Source of the DNA: Candidatus Peregrinibacteria bacterium
GTDB lineage: Bacteria > Patescibacteriota > Gracilibacteria > UBA1369
Length of the DNA: 64,000 nt
Reading direction: 5' to 3'
Assembly: GCA_963708185.1 (NCBI GenBank)
Contig: OY970195.1
Span: 192,001-256,000, forward strand
Below are positions 28,564-38,615 of the stretch, piece after piece. The notes below the pieces were generated by a model. It worked only from the letters and a program-made list of their open reading frames with translations. It was not told the DNA's origin and did no database searches. Within the stretch, counting starts at the first letter, position 1, and each line of letters begins with the position of its first letter. Both the position numbers and the translations under genes were made by a program.

Positions 28564-29784
28564 TCAATGGATGTGAGGAGAGAAGGATTTTTTCATCAGA
28601 AGGTCGTGGTGTTTCTTAAAGTATTTGGGTATGTAAATCGCGGCGATGAGGGTCGAAATGGGCACGGCCAGAATCAGTCCGAGCGAGCCTGTCAGGGTGC
28701 GGACGATTTCGGTGGCGATGACTTCGATGTTGATGATGGTGGAGAAATCGTATTTGGTCAGCTGGTCGGCCGAAAAGATGACGAGCAGGGGAAGAGCCGC
28801 ACCGACGTACGCCAGGAACAGCGTGTTGACGATGGCGGAAATGTGATCGATGCCGACTTTGAGGCCTCGTTGGAAGAGCTGCCGCCAGTGCAGACTCTGG
28901 TTGGCGCGGTGGATCTCTTCAATGAGCGAGACCTGGTTGACGACGACGTCGTCAAGTACACCGATGGCACCGATGATGAATGAGGCCAAAAGAAGTCCCT
29001 TCAGGTTGAAGTTCGTTCCCAGGAGCTGCATGATCGTCGTGGCCTGTTCGTCCACATTCCCGGTGAGTTTGGTCCATTCCGTGAAAATGGCGGCGAAGAT
29101 GACCGTGATGATGAGGCTTGTCCCGATACTTATGGCGCCGATGTGCGTGAAGTATTTAAATCCGTAGGTGATGTAGAGCGACAGGACGGTGATAATGATT
29201 GCGCCGATGACGCTGATGATGACGGGATCGGCCCCATGGACGATCTGCGGCAGGATGAACCAGATGATAACCGCGAAGCTTACGGCTAAGGAGATAAGCG
29301 CTTTCACTCCTTTCATTTTTCCCATGATGATGACCAATCCTACGAAAAGGAAGGCCAGGATGTACATGGGGGATTCTCGTACATAGTCCACCACGTAGAA
29401 CTGGTCGAGCCCTTGTTCATCCTTGCTGTGGGAGATGATCAGCACGTCGCCGACCTTGAAAGCGTTGAGTCCGATGGTGTTGAATTCACTGCCGCTCACC
29501 GTGATCTCTTTGTTTTTCCACTCACCGTCCAGACCTTCGAGGCGATAGGTCTGGAGATACTCCGTCATCCCGTCCAGTCCCACCTGCGTGCCTTGGTCGG
29601 AAATGTGGGTGATGCGCGCTTTGAAGAATTCCTGCTGGGGTTCCTGGTAGGTCTGGTCGGCGGCATTCGCGTCCATGACGGCCGGGGATGCGTCTGATTG
29701 CTGTGTTTGGGCAAATGCTCCGCTCACCGGCATAAGCGCAGTTCCGACGACGATGAGCATCAATAATGTAAAAAGTTTTTTCAT
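28564..29784 (-). CDS. YibE/F family membrane protein
   Basis: IIGAIGVLDDV, VGIDHISAIVNTLFLAYVG, EIVRTLTGSLGL. Confidence 0.92.
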   Translation of the reverse strand: MKKLFTLLMLIVVGTALMPVSGAFAQTQQSDASPAVMDANAADQTYQEPQQEFFKARITHISDQGTQVGLDGMTEYLQTYRLEGLDGEWKNKEITVSGSEFNTIGLNAFKVGDVLIISHSKDEQGLDQFYVVDYVRESPMYILAFLFVGLVIIMGKMKGVKALISLAVSFAVIIWFILPQIVHGADPVIISVIGAIIITVLSLYITYGFKYFTHIGAISIGTSLIITVIFAAIFTEWTKLTGNVDEQATTIMQLLGTNFNLKGLLLASFIIGAIGVLDDVVVNQVSLIEEIHRANQSLHWRQLFQRGLKVGIDHISAIVNTLFLAYVGAALPLLVIFSADQLTKYDFSTIINIEVIATEIVRTLTGSLGLILAVPISTLIAAIYIPKYFKKHHDLLMKKSFSPHIH

Positions 29785-29787
29785 GAT

Positions 29788-30315
29788 TCAGAGTGTTATT
29801 TCCGTGAGGATTTCGTAGTCCGCTCCCTGCGGTGAGAGATGTGATTCCATCAGAACGAGCGTGTCCACGTTTTCCGCCCAGGATATTTTTTCGTCAAGTT
29901 TTTTGAGCGGGAAGTCGTGAAAGTTTTCGGGACGAAAACGGGCCAGTGTCAGATGGAGTTTGAATTTTCTGTTTTGAGCTTCCCGGCCGATAAGTTCTTC
30001 GAGCAGTTTTTTCAGATCCAGAATTTTTGCCGGGGTTTTTCCTTCCGCCCAGATGAGTCTCGGTTCACGGGGGTCCGCCCCGAGGCTTATCGTGTCGAAA
30101 GATAAGGGAATTGATCCGAATCGGGATTGTACTTTGAGAAGGAGTTTTTTGAGGGTTTCCGTATCTTGAGTATACCAGGGAGGAATGAGCGTGATGTGGA
30201 GATTTTTCCCCTGAAGCCATCTGACCGGAAGGTCTTGAAAACGTTCTTCCCACTCCAGGATTTTTTTTTGAAGGGAAGGAGAGATTTTGAGCGCTATGAA
30301 GACTCTCTGGGACAT
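29788..30315 (-). CDS. thpR: RNA 2',3'-cyclic phosphodiesterase
   Basis: RVFIAL, two HxT motifs (LHITL, HLTLAR), LMESHL. Confidence 0.92.
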   Translation of the reverse strand: MSQRVFIALKISPSLQKKILEWEERFQDLPVRWLQGKNLHITLIPPWYTQDTETLKKLLLKVQSRFGSIPLSFDTISLGADPREPRLIWAEGKTPAKILDLKKLLEELIGREAQNRKFKLHLTLARFRPENFHDFPLKKLDEKISWAENVDTLVLMESHLSPQGADYEILTEITL

Positions 30316-30415
30316 GCGTGTCGTATGGTAACACTAAACAAAACATTGAAGAAGGCTTTCATTGACAGACTTCTTTTTTCAAGTATCATTTTTTCCAAAA
30401 ACTTCGTATTTTTTT

Positions 30416-32044
30416 ATGAGCATATCTTCAGTTATCCAGGATTTTCCCGAGGCAGGAGGTTCTTATGAAGTAGTTCAGCCTTCCGTCCCGGATACGGCTT
30501 TGCAGGCCGTTACTTCGTGCGGATGTCTTGATGCATCGGGGTGTCAACTTCACTGTTTCGTTTGTGAAGAAGAGGTAGCTCCTGAAGGGATTGACCGGTT
30601 GAACGCCAACGGTATACAGCGCAACGGAGAAAAAATCCTTTGTTATCGTGCCAATGCGGGCTTGATTCCTGAACTCAGGGATGCATACCTCTCTGTCAAT
30701 GAGGTGCGAGCCGGCATTCAGGAGCGTGTCAGGCAGGTTACGGAAGATGGTGTTCTTTTTCGAGGCAATGAGCACGGGAGTATCGTTCTTGAAAGGTTTT
30801 CCGATCCTGTGGGGAATTTTCCTCCGGCATTCAATACAGGTTCACAGGTGGTTGTCACCGCCCATGAATACCATGGAGATAAGTACGGTCACTATCCGCA
30901 TGATTACGATCCGTTTTCTCCGCCTGCTTATTTTAAAGTTGCCGTTGCTCCAAAAGTGGTCGTGGCGCGGAAACCGGATGTGAACCTTCTGAAACAGCTC
31001 GACAGCGAACCGCTTCCTTTCAAAAGCGTACCGACGGATGTCCAGACACTCGCGAGTTTTGATCCTGTTTCGAAGCACTGGAAGTCTGTGGTTTTGCCGG
31101 CAGGGGAGCTGGGAACCGATCATTGGGAACGGATGTTCCATTATCCCGACGGATTTATCACGGGCATGGTTTTTTATCGCGGGGAGGATGGCATTTACGG
31201 TTTCAGGATCGACCAGCATATCCGCCGGGCCTGCCGGGACGCCAAACGCCGCGGTTTCGAGGGCGTCAGCGAAACTTTTCTCAAAAAGCTTTTTTCCGAA
31301 CAGCTGTCGGCTGACCGTCGTTGGATACCGTCCATCGGCAACCGGCCGGGAAATCGTTACTACGGTCGTTTTGTGGGATATCCGACAAACGCCGCCCCTC
31401 CGCTCAGAGGGAAGGAAAAGGAGATGCTTTTTCTGGGCACTCCCGTCGGCCCCTACCGCAACGTCCAGATGCTTAAGATCCGCCAGATGGGGCCGCGTCC
31501 CGTGGTCAAAGGTTTCGGTGACGTGAAGCATGTGACCAATTACGCCGGTCCGGTCGAAATGTTCGCACCTTTCCAGGACGAGGGTTACCACGAAGCCATG
31601 TTCATGGAGGAAGAAAGGGAGGGTCAAAAACGCGTTCAGGAAGGCACAAGCGTCAATTATGCTTTCGTGTATCATTTCCTCAATAACAAGCCGACGATCA
31701 AGATCCCTTCACTGCGTCACGGTGACATTTTGCCCGGCATTACCATGCATTCAGTCGCCGAACTGGCGGCTTCTTACGGGTATGACGTTATCTTCGATGA
31801 AGATATCAGCGAGATCGATCTCAAGAACGCCGATGAAATTCTTGTGACGGGCACGGCCATGACCGTCCGCGGAGTCGGCAGAATCGACAGCGTTCAGGGA
31901 GAGCCCCTTTTTGTGACGAAGCTTGGTGAGAACATGGGGCCTGTGGCCAACCGGCTTGCCGTGGATTTCCAGAAGATCCTGAAACGGGAGCACGAAGATC
32001 CGCGCTTCAATGATTGGATGCAAAAAGTGGCGGATTTTGATTGA
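30416..32044 (+). CDS. Divergent class IV (branched-chain-like) PLP aminotransferase with an N-terminal extension
   Basis: HY..G, YRG, FR, GDVKHVTNY (PLP Lys), ILPGIT, TGTA; start at MSISS. Confidence 0.8.
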   Translation: MSISSVIQDFPEAGGSYEVVQPSVPDTALQAVTSCGCLDASGCQLHCFVCEEEVAPEGIDRLNANGIQRNGEKILCYRANAGLIPELRDAYLSVNEVRAGIQERVRQVTEDGVLFRGNEHGSIVLERFSDPVGNFPPAFNTGSQVVVTAHEYHGDKYGHYPHDYDPFSPPAYFKVAVAPKVVVARKPDVNLLKQLDSEPLPFKSVPTDVQTLASFDPVSKHWKSVVLPAGELGTDHWERMFHYPDGFITGMVFYRGEDGIYGFRIDQHIRRACRDAKRRGFEGVSETFLKKLFSEQLSADRRWIPSIGNRPGNRYYGRFVGYPTNAAPPLRGKEKEMLFLGTPVGPYRNVQMLKIRQMGPRPVVKGFGDVKHVTNYAGPVEMFAPFQDEGYHEAMFMEEEREGQKRVQEGTSVNYAFVYHFLNNKPTIKIPSLRHGDILPGITMHSVAELAASYGYDVIFDEDISEIDLKNADEILVTGTAMTVRGVGRIDSVQGEPLFVTKLGENMGPVANRLAVDFQKILKREHEDPRFNDWMQKVADFD

Positions 32045-32103
32045 TGAATATGCGTGCCGTCATGTGGTATGATGGCGATGTTTGATATCTTCACCGATTT
32101 CCT

Positions 32104-32451
32104 ATGATCTTGATGATTTTCATTAATTGGCTTCTTCTGGCAGCCGCACTTTGGGTTACCGCCTATCTGCTTCCGGGTGTTCATATCCAGGGAGGGTTTG
32201 AGACCTTGCTGGTCCTGGCGGTGGTCATAGGGCTTATTAATGCTATCCTCAAGCCGATTCTTAAACTTTTGACTCTGCCGATCACTATTTTGACCCTTGG
32301 GTTATTTTCGTTGGTGATCAACGCGCTGTTGATTCTTCTGGCTTCGAGCATTGTTCCCGGGTTTGTCGTTGACGGCTTTTGGTGGGCTCTGCTTTTTTCC
32401 TTGGTGCTTTCCCTCGTCAACTGGTTCCTTTCAGCCTTGAAATACGCTTAG
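32104..32451 (+). CDS. Phage holin family / YvlD (DUF360) membrane protein
   Basis: NAILKPILKLLTLPITILTLGLFSLVINA; GFWWAL. Confidence 0.92.
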   Translation: MILMIFINWLLLAAALWVTAYLLPGVHIQGGFETLLVLAVVIGLINAILKPILKLLTLPITILTLGLFSLVINALLILLASSIVPGFVVDGFWWALLFSLVLSLVNWFLSALKYA

Positions 32452-32481
32452 TTCGTCTAAAGTAAGGTGGAATTTGGGTAC

Positions 32482-32515
32482 TTGACACAGTGTGTATACT
32501 ATTATATAATAGTAT
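32482..32515 (+). promoter_or_regulatory. Consensus sigma70 promoter overlapped by a perfect 20-bp palindrome
   Basis: TTGACA-N17-TATAAT; ATACTATTAT/ATAATAGTAT at 32496-32515. Confidence 0.85.
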
Positions 32516-32538
32516 GATATCACTTTAACCCAACCACT

Positions 32539-32730
32539 ATGGCTATGCGTGTGCCCCCGGAGTTTGACCGTCATGACGTGCCTGAGTCACAGCCTCAGTC
32601 ACGCCGCAGAGAATCAGATCCGGCTCCGCCTCAAGGCAGAGTTTTGAAAACCACAAGTCGGATCAGGATGAATATCGCGAACATTTTCAAGAGAGCCAAA
32701 GAGGATTCTTCAGAAGGAGACCTTGGATAA
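32539..32730 (+). CDS. Small hypothetical protein (63 aa)
   Basis: ORF directly downstream of a consensus promoter. Confidence 0.65.
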   Translation: MAMRVPPEFDRHDVPESQPQSRRRESDPAPPQGRVLKTTSRIRMNIANIFKRAKEDSSEGDLG

Positions 32731-32798
32731 CATTTTCCGACTCGGCAAAAACACCACCCATCATCAATTGGTGCTTTTGCTTGTTTCTCAATGGAGTT

Positions 32799-33224
32799 TT
32801 ATTTTTTCGGTCCCGCGAATTTGAAGCTTGCGTAGGAAAGATACCCCGCCACAACGGTGCCGACCCAGCTGAGCCAGTACGGTGCCATCCATCCCCCCAG
32901 CACGACTTCAAAACTGAAGAGCAATCTTAGGAGGTGGAGGATCGAAACAACTCCAAGGATTGTCCCCACGATCAGGAAAAAATTTCTCTGGCTTATTGAA
33001 GGTGCGTGAATTTCGGCCTTCCATCCGTAATGGACGAGCAAACCAAGGAGGATGAGGTCAAAAATAATCCAGGGAACGACCATGGGTTCCGTGACGGTGA
33101 TGCCGAGTAAGTTTATCGGCAGAAGGTGGCTGAAGTACAGCCAAAGACCACAAAGGATATCGGCTGCAATCAGCCCTGAGGCGAACTTCGAAAGCTCGCG
33201 CAGAACATGTTGATGTCTGGTCAT
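32799..33224 (-). CDS. Hypothetical 4-TM membrane protein
   Basis: Four hydrophobic helices; HLLRL..W..P.W motif. Confidence 0.8.
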   Translation of the reverse strand: MTRHQHVLRELSKFASGLIAADILCGLWLYFSHLLPINLLGITVTEPMVVPWIIFDLILLGLLVHYGWKAEIHAPSISQRNFFLIVGTILGVVSILHLLRLLFSFEVVLGGWMAPYWLSWVGTVVAGYLSYASFKFAGPKK

Positions 33225-33252
33225 GGTTTGGAGGGTTAGAGGATATTTTTTG

Positions 33253-33804
33253 TTATTTGTTGTTGAGCGTTTTGTCCGGAATGTTGAAGGTATTGAACCT
33301 GATTTTTATGGAGTTGGGGAGTGCCACTTCCACGAACCTGGATCCCTGGATTTTTTGCGCGGTGGAGTAATCGAAAACGAAAGCAGGCACCTGTTTGCCG
33401 TTTCTGTCCGCAAGTTTGTAATTCAGTTTCATGTCGGTGAAACCTGAGTTTGCGATCGAATAGGCCGCACCGTTAAAAACCCGGCCGTCCACGAAGTTCC
33501 AGTTGTTGCTTTTGAAAATATCCGTCACGTTGGGTCCGTAGATGAGAAAATTGCTCCCGTCCTTCACCACATAATATTCCAGAGGATCAAGGTTGAAAAC
33601 ACAGTAGGGAGTTTCTTTCACGGCGGTGTCCGGGCATTGCACCTCGGCAACCCGCGAGACCTTTTTGGTGCCCGGCTGTAAACTCAGTGCTCCGAAATTG
33701 AGCTGGCCCTGGCCGTACAGTATGGCGAAAACCGTAACCAGCAGGATGACCCCGGCGCCGGTCCACATCCATAGAGGAGAGTATGGAGGTTTCTTTTTTG
33801 CCAT
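33253..33804 (-). CDS. Hypothetical membrane-anchored protein
   Basis: N-terminal TM helix, Cys pair, beta-rich domain. Confidence 0.75.
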   Translation of the reverse strand: MAKKKPPYSPLWMWTGAGVILLVTVFAILYGQGQLNFGALSLQPGTKKVSRVAEVQCPDTAVKETPYCVFNLDPLEYYVVKDGSNFLIYGPNVTDIFKSNNWNFVDGRVFNGAAYSIANSGFTDMKLNYKLADRNGKQVPAFVFDYSTAQKIQGSRFVEVALPNSIKIRFNTFNIPDKTLNNK

Positions 33805-33878
33805 AAATAACGAATTATGGGGTAGGTGTTTCTTTTATATCTTCCATCATGATAGTACTTTTAGGTCCCGAGAACAAA

Positions 33879-34988
33879 TTACAGTCCGAGCAGTACAGCC
33901 GCAATCCAGGGGAAGGCCACGGTGGCGTCGCTCTGGATGATCTGATAGTAACTCTTTGTGGAAAGTTTATCCCAGGTGATTTTTTCTTTTCCTCCTGCTC
34001 CGGAATACGATCCGTAGGACATCGGGGAGGAACCGATTTCAATGAATCCGGCCCAGTCGCGAACTTTGGGATATGAGAGGTCGTGTTTGAGCGAAGGAAC
34101 GATGCAGATCGGGAAGTCGGCTGCGATACCTCCTCCCAGTTGAAGGAAGGCGACCGGATGATTTTTGGACGCTTCCATGTACCAGTCGTAGAGCGAAGTG
34201 AAGTATTCGAGGCCGGTTTTCATGACGTTTGGATCGACCATCACGCTTTTATCTCTGCGGTATTTCCCAGAGTAGGTATAGCTTGCGAAAATATTTCCCA
34301 TCGTGGAGTCTTCGAATCCGGGGATCACAATGGGGATGTTCTTCTTGTACGCGGCGTAGGCCCAGCAGTCGCTTGGGTTAGCCACCGGATCGGGTTTGAT
34401 CAGTCCTTCGGAAAAAAGCCGGCGGAAGTATTCGTGCGGGAAATAGCGCTTGCCGTCTTTTTCGGCTTTTTTCCACATCTTTAAAAGATGCGGTTCCATG
34501 ATGCGGACGCTTTCATCTTCGGGGAGGAAGGTGTCCGTGATGCGGCGGAGACCGGCGTCGCGAAGTTCAGCTTCCTGTTCCGGCGTGAGTTCAGTGTAGC
34601 GGGGGATGTATGCGTAATGGGAATGCGCCACGTAACGATAGTAGGACTCTTCATGATTGGCTCCCGTGGCTGAGATAAGATGGATTTTGTCCTGACGGAT
34701 GAGTTCGGCAAGCATGACTCCGATCTGGAAGGAGCTCAGCGCCCCGGCGATGGTGACGACAAGTTTTCCTCCGTGGTCGAGATGGTTCTTGAGCCAGGCG
34801 GCCGCCTGCATCGTCGCGCCGCCGTTGGTATGGTTCAGGGTGCGTTCAGCGAACGAGGACACCGGTGTTTTGCTTTTCTTGATGTAGGAACTCAGCGTGC
34901 CTTTGGCGTTTTTCCCGGCTCCGGCGCCTTCATGCGAGATGATCAGTTTTTTCAAATTCGGAGAGAGTTTCGTGAATTTTTTTTGCAT
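33879..34988 (-). CDS. Deoxyhypusine synthase family protein
   Basis: AGALSS, SATGANHEE, RITDT, EDSTMGN, QLGGGIAADFPIC, YGSYSGA..EKITWDK, SDAT. Confidence 0.92.
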   Translation of the reverse strand: MQKKFTKLSPNLKKLIISHEGAGAGKNAKGTLSSYIKKSKTPVSSFAERTLNHTNGGATMQAAAWLKNHLDHGGKLVVTIAGALSSFQIGVMLAELIRQDKIHLISATGANHEESYYRYVAHSHYAYIPRYTELTPEQEAELRDAGLRRITDTFLPEDESVRIMEPHLLKMWKKAEKDGKRYFPHEYFRRLFSEGLIKPDPVANPSDCWAYAAYKKNIPIVIPGFEDSTMGNIFASYTYSGKYRRDKSVMVDPNVMKTGLEYFTSLYDWYMEASKNHPVAFLQLGGGIAADFPICIVPSLKHDLSYPKVRDWAGFIEIGSSPMSYGSYSGAGGKEKITWDKLSTKSYYQIIQSDATVAFPWIAAVLLGL

Positions 34989-35129
34989 AGTTTTTTGGAT
35001 TAATTTGCCTGTGAAACGTTTGTATATTGAATAATTTTCATGCAAAAAGCAATTGAAGCTTCGATTTCTTCATTCTTGGTTTTTGCGCTATAATTTCTGA
35101 TATCTGCATTGAATTGATTAACAAAGATT

Positions 35130-36143
35130 ATGTACGGGATCGTATTGCTGCTGATTTTTTTTGTTTTCCTGCTCTGGCTGACCGGCTGGTTTTCAGGAAC
35201 TGAAACCGCTTTAACTCATCTCACGTTTTCCAGTCTTGCGGTGATGAAAAAGCGCGGCGAAAAGAACGTGACGTATTTGCTGAAGCTCAAGAAGAACATG
35301 AACTCGACGCTCATCGTCATTCTGATCTGCAACAATGTCATCAATATTATCTTGTCGGTGCTGGCGGCTCTTCTGGCCAATTCGATTTTTCACGCGCTCG
35401 GAGTGACGATCGTCGTCGGACTGATGACTTTTTTGATCATTATTTTCGGAGAAATCATTCCGAAGTCGCATGCCGTCCACGATACAGAAAGGGTCGCCAT
35501 CAACCGTGCCAGAACCATTTATTACCTCACGATCATTTTTACGCCCGTTCTCTGGTTGTTTACGGTTCCGTCCCGGGCGATTCTTTTGCTTATGGGACAG
35601 AAACCAAAACCTACCCAGCTCATCGTGACCGAAGAAAGTATTAAAAGTATGGCGACCCTGGGGGAGTCGGAAGGTTCGATTCAGGCCATCGAGAAAGATA
35701 TTATTTACAACGTTTTTAAATTCGCCGACCGAAAGACGCGGGATATCATGGTCCCATTGGAAAAAGTTTTTTGTATTCCTGTCGATACCAGTCTGCAGAG
35801 AGCCAAAAAAATGCTTGCGGAAAGCGGGTTTACCAGAATCCCCGTGGTGAACGAGAAAGGAAGAATCATGGGGATTCTCTACAGTAAGGATCTTTTGGCG
35901 AAGAAAAACGGCAGCATACGCTCGTTTTTACGGAAGCCGATGTTCCTGACCGCAAACAGTTACGTCCCGCACTCGTTTCACCAGATGATCAAGAACCGTA
36001 CCCATATTGCCGTGATTACCGGGAAGAAGAAAAAAAATATCGGTATCGTCACCCTCGAGGATATTCTTGAAGAGCTCGTGGGTGAAATTTACGATGAATA
36101 TTCTCAGGTCAAACACGATTTCAGTGAAAAACGGTTTCCTTAG
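35130..36143 (+). CDS. CNNM/DUF21-CBS (HlyC/CorC-like) membrane protein
   Basis: FSGTETAL, FGEIIPK, GFTRIPV, GIVTLEDILEELVGEIYDE. Confidence 0.93.
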   Translation: MYGIVLLLIFFVFLLWLTGWFSGTETALTHLTFSSLAVMKKRGEKNVTYLLKLKKNMNSTLIVILICNNVINIILSVLAALLANSIFHALGVTIVVGLMTFLIIIFGEIIPKSHAVHDTERVAINRARTIYYLTIIFTPVLWLFTVPSRAILLLMGQKPKPTQLIVTEESIKSMATLGESEGSIQAIEKDIIYNVFKFADRKTRDIMVPLEKVFCIPVDTSLQRAKKMLAESGFTRIPVVNEKGRIMGILYSKDLLAKKNGSIRSFLRKPMFLTANSYVPHSFHQMIKNRTHIAVITGKKKKNIGIVTLEDILEELVGEIYDEYSQVKHDFSEKRFP

Positions 36144-36236
36144 CCTTCCGTTTCAATCGAAGATCGTTTTCTATCATTGCATAAATAATTTTGAGCCGAT
36201 ATAATTCCTTCAGTGTATTTTTTAATCAATTTTTTC

Positions 36237-36671
36237 ATGTTTAATTTTGGAAAAAAAGACGATGATCAAGATCAGAATGATCCCAAAAAGGCTCTTCAGA
36301 AAGCCAGTGACAAACTGAACAAAGGCATGATGGGCGGTTTGACCAAGGCATTCATGGGTAAAGGTTTTGTTGATAAGATGAACAATACCATCGCTCAGGG
36401 GAATCAGGCATTGGACAGCGTCGCGGCAAACCAGGAGGTTGCAAAAAACGGTGCTGACGCCGATGCTGAGGTTCTCTCCGTCCAGGATACCGGGACAACC
36501 TTGAATATGAACCCCGTTGTTGTGTTGACGCTCAAGGTCACTCCGGCCGTCGGTGCTGAATTCCAGACAGCGGCTCAGGTGATGGTCTCCCGAATCGCCA
36601 TTCCCCGTGCCGGCGATAAGATCAAGATCAAGTACAATCCTGAAAATCCGTCACAGGTCGCGATTGTATAG
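36237..36671 (+). CDS. Hypothetical protein with an OB-like C-terminus
   Basis: AEVLSVQDTGTTLNMNPVVVLTLKV..PRAGDKIKIKYNP. Confidence 0.75.
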   Translation: MFNFGKKDDDQDQNDPKKALQKASDKLNKGMMGGLTKAFMGKGFVDKMNNTIAQGNQALDSVAANQEVAKNGADADAEVLSVQDTGTTLNMNPVVVLTLKVTPAVGAEFQTAAQVMVSRIAIPRAGDKIKIKYNPENPSQVAIV

Positions 36672-36728
36672 CCCTGACGTTTGAATGGTATTATAGTTGA
36701 AGGTGAAATATCCTTTAACAGTGTTTTT

Positions 36729-37124
36729 ATGCCTTTCCATACAGATATTTTTCAGGCAACCCGGGAGAATAATAATTTCAGGAAAGTTATTTTTACCGGA
36801 AAGAAGAGTCAGCTTGTGGTTATGGCCATTCCGGCAGGGGAAGAGGTCGGTGCCGAAACGCACGAACACGTTGAACAGACGCTTTTTTTCTTCAGCGGTC
36901 ACGGGAAGGCTGTTCTCGACGGTGTGGAGTCCGAGGTGAAGGCGGGTGACGTATATGTGGTTACCCCGGGGACGCATCATAATTTTATCAATACCGGAAC
37001 TGAACCTTTGAAAATTTATACCGTTTACGCGCCGCCGAATCATATCGACGGGCGTATTCACGCAACCAAAGCTGATGCTGACGCTGACCAGGAGGATGAG
37101 GGTTTTGGGCACAAGGCACAATGA
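36729..37124 (+). CDS. Cupin domain protein
   Basis: ETHEHVEQ..G.G, PGTHHNFINTG, YAPPNH. Confidence 0.92.
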   Translation: MPFHTDIFQATRENNNFRKVIFTGKKSQLVVMAIPAGEEVGAETHEHVEQTLFFFSGHGKAVLDGVESEVKAGDVYVVTPGTHHNFINTGTEPLKIYTVYAPPNHIDGRIHATKADADADQEDEGFGHKAQ

Positions 37125-37217
37125 TTTTGTTTATGAGGTGAAGGGCAAGCTTGCGCAGGCCGTTGACTTAATTAGTATTTGTGGCATACTTAAGTCTTCT
37201 CAACTTTACCAATCGCC

Positions 37218-38159
37218 ATGAGCAAGCACAGGGATGCGGCAGACAGCATTGAGAACGGGCTCACTCGTTTTACGGAAACCGAGTATGTCCAGCGAGAGCT
37301 TCGCGACGAAGTGAACCATTTTGTGTTCAGTTTTTCCATTTACCGGTGCCGTCCTGCCGAAGCGCGGGCGCTGACGGGGCGGGTTATGACATCGAACGAT
37401 CCGAAGGTTTTAAAACCAGACTGCGTCATCGATCTCTATACGCGTATGGTCGAAGCCGCCGTTCTGGAAAAAGACCGTCTGGAGAGAGCCGGGAGCCGTT
37501 GTTTATTGCCTTTTCTTGATATTGATCCCGAAACCAGGACGTTGCGGGTCAATGTCGTGCCGTTTGATTCCTCGACGCCGATCAACTCACAGCAGGAGTT
37601 ACGGAACAGTATTTTCATGATCCGTGACACAGAAAACTATCTCAATGATGCAGCCGTTGATCCGAAGGGGTTCCCTCATATCCGTGAACTGCTGAAATCT
37701 TTTTTTGTGTATGTTCATGTCCAGTTCAGCGGAGGAAAACGGCTGGGATATCCCTTGGAAGTTGATTTCGCGCTCGCTCACAAGATGCTTGAGTCGCTTG
37801 AGTTTACACCGGGAGAGAGCCTGAGGGATCTTTCGTATCAGGATAAATACGAAAAGTTCAAAAAACTGATGGAAGCCAAAGGGTATGAATTTTCAGCGCA
37901 AAAAAAGGACTTCCAGCAATGGATGAAAGCCAAAGACGGTGATCCTGTGCATGCCAGGATCCGCCAGGTGTTTGAACGCGATTTAGAAGCGGCACTGGCA
38001 AAGAAAGTCGGTGACTTGAAAGAGGATTTGGCAGAGCAGTTCAGGATGATGGCCGAACGTCAAAAGCCCCAAGCATCCACCCGAACCGAAACCGTCAGAG
38101 CAGAGGTTTCCGGAAAATTGGAAACGTTGCTTCGTTCAGATACGGAAAAACTGAAGTAG
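37218..38159 (+). CDS. Hypothetical protein
   Basis: 313-aa ORF with its own promoter TTGACT-N16-CATACT (37163-37190). Confidence 0.8.
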   Translation: MSKHRDAADSIENGLTRFTETEYVQRELRDEVNHFVFSFSIYRCRPAEARALTGRVMTSNDPKVLKPDCVIDLYTRMVEAAVLEKDRLERAGSRCLLPFLDIDPETRTLRVNVVPFDSSTPINSQQELRNSIFMIRDTENYLNDAAVDPKGFPHIRELLKSFFVYVHVQFSGGKRLGYPLEVDFALAHKMLESLEFTPGESLRDLSYQDKYEKFKKLMEAKGYEFSAQKKDFQQWMKAKDGDPVHARIRQVFERDLEAALAKKVGDLKEDLAEQFRMMAERQKPQASTRTETVRAEVSGKLETLLRSDTEKLK

Positions 38160-38171
38160 TTTCGCGGGCGT

Positions 38172-38594
38172 CTATCTGCTTTCCGTATACTTTTTGAAGT
38201 TATCCAGAATGGCCTGCCAGCCGCTCTGCTGTTTTTCTTTCAAATTTTCATGCTCCATGTCGAACGTTTCCATGACCTTGATTCCTTCCGGCGTTTTGGT
38301 GAAATCTATTCTGACGTGTCTGCCGTCGTCGATGTCGTACTCGATGAGTTCAAGGTTTTTTACGGCTGTGTATGTTCCGCCAAAATCAAAACCCGCACTT
38401 TTATCCTTTGCGGCCATGGCGGTTTTGAATTTTCCTCCGATCCTGAGGTCATTTTCAGCGCTGGGAGCTTCCCAGTCGTCCGAGGCGTGACACCAGTTGG
38501 TAATGTGCTTCGGGTCCGTCCAAAATTCCCAGACTTTTTCAATGGGTGCCTTGACGACGGTTTCGACCGTGATGGTCTTTTTGTTATCGGGCAT
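38172..38594 (-). CDS. SRPBCC / AHSA1-like family protein
   Basis: APIEKVW..WTDPKHI, NDLRIGGKF, GWQAILDNFK. Confidence 0.92.
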   Translation of the reverse strand: MPDNKKTITVETVVKAPIEKVWEFWTDPKHITNWCHASDDWEAPSAENDLRIGGKFKTAMAAKDKSAGFDFGGTYTAVKNLELIEYDIDDGRHVRIDFTKTPEGIKVMETFDMEHENLKEKQQSGWQAILDNFKKYTESR

Positions 38595-38615
38595 GGGGAT
38601 AAAGTTAGTAGATCC

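Noticed and set aside
33879-34988. Deoxyhypusine synthase as evidence of eukaryote-like hypusination
   Set aside because: Bacterial DHS-like proteins are widespread and often act in polyamine (homospermidine) synthesis; no EF-P/IF5A gene is adjacent
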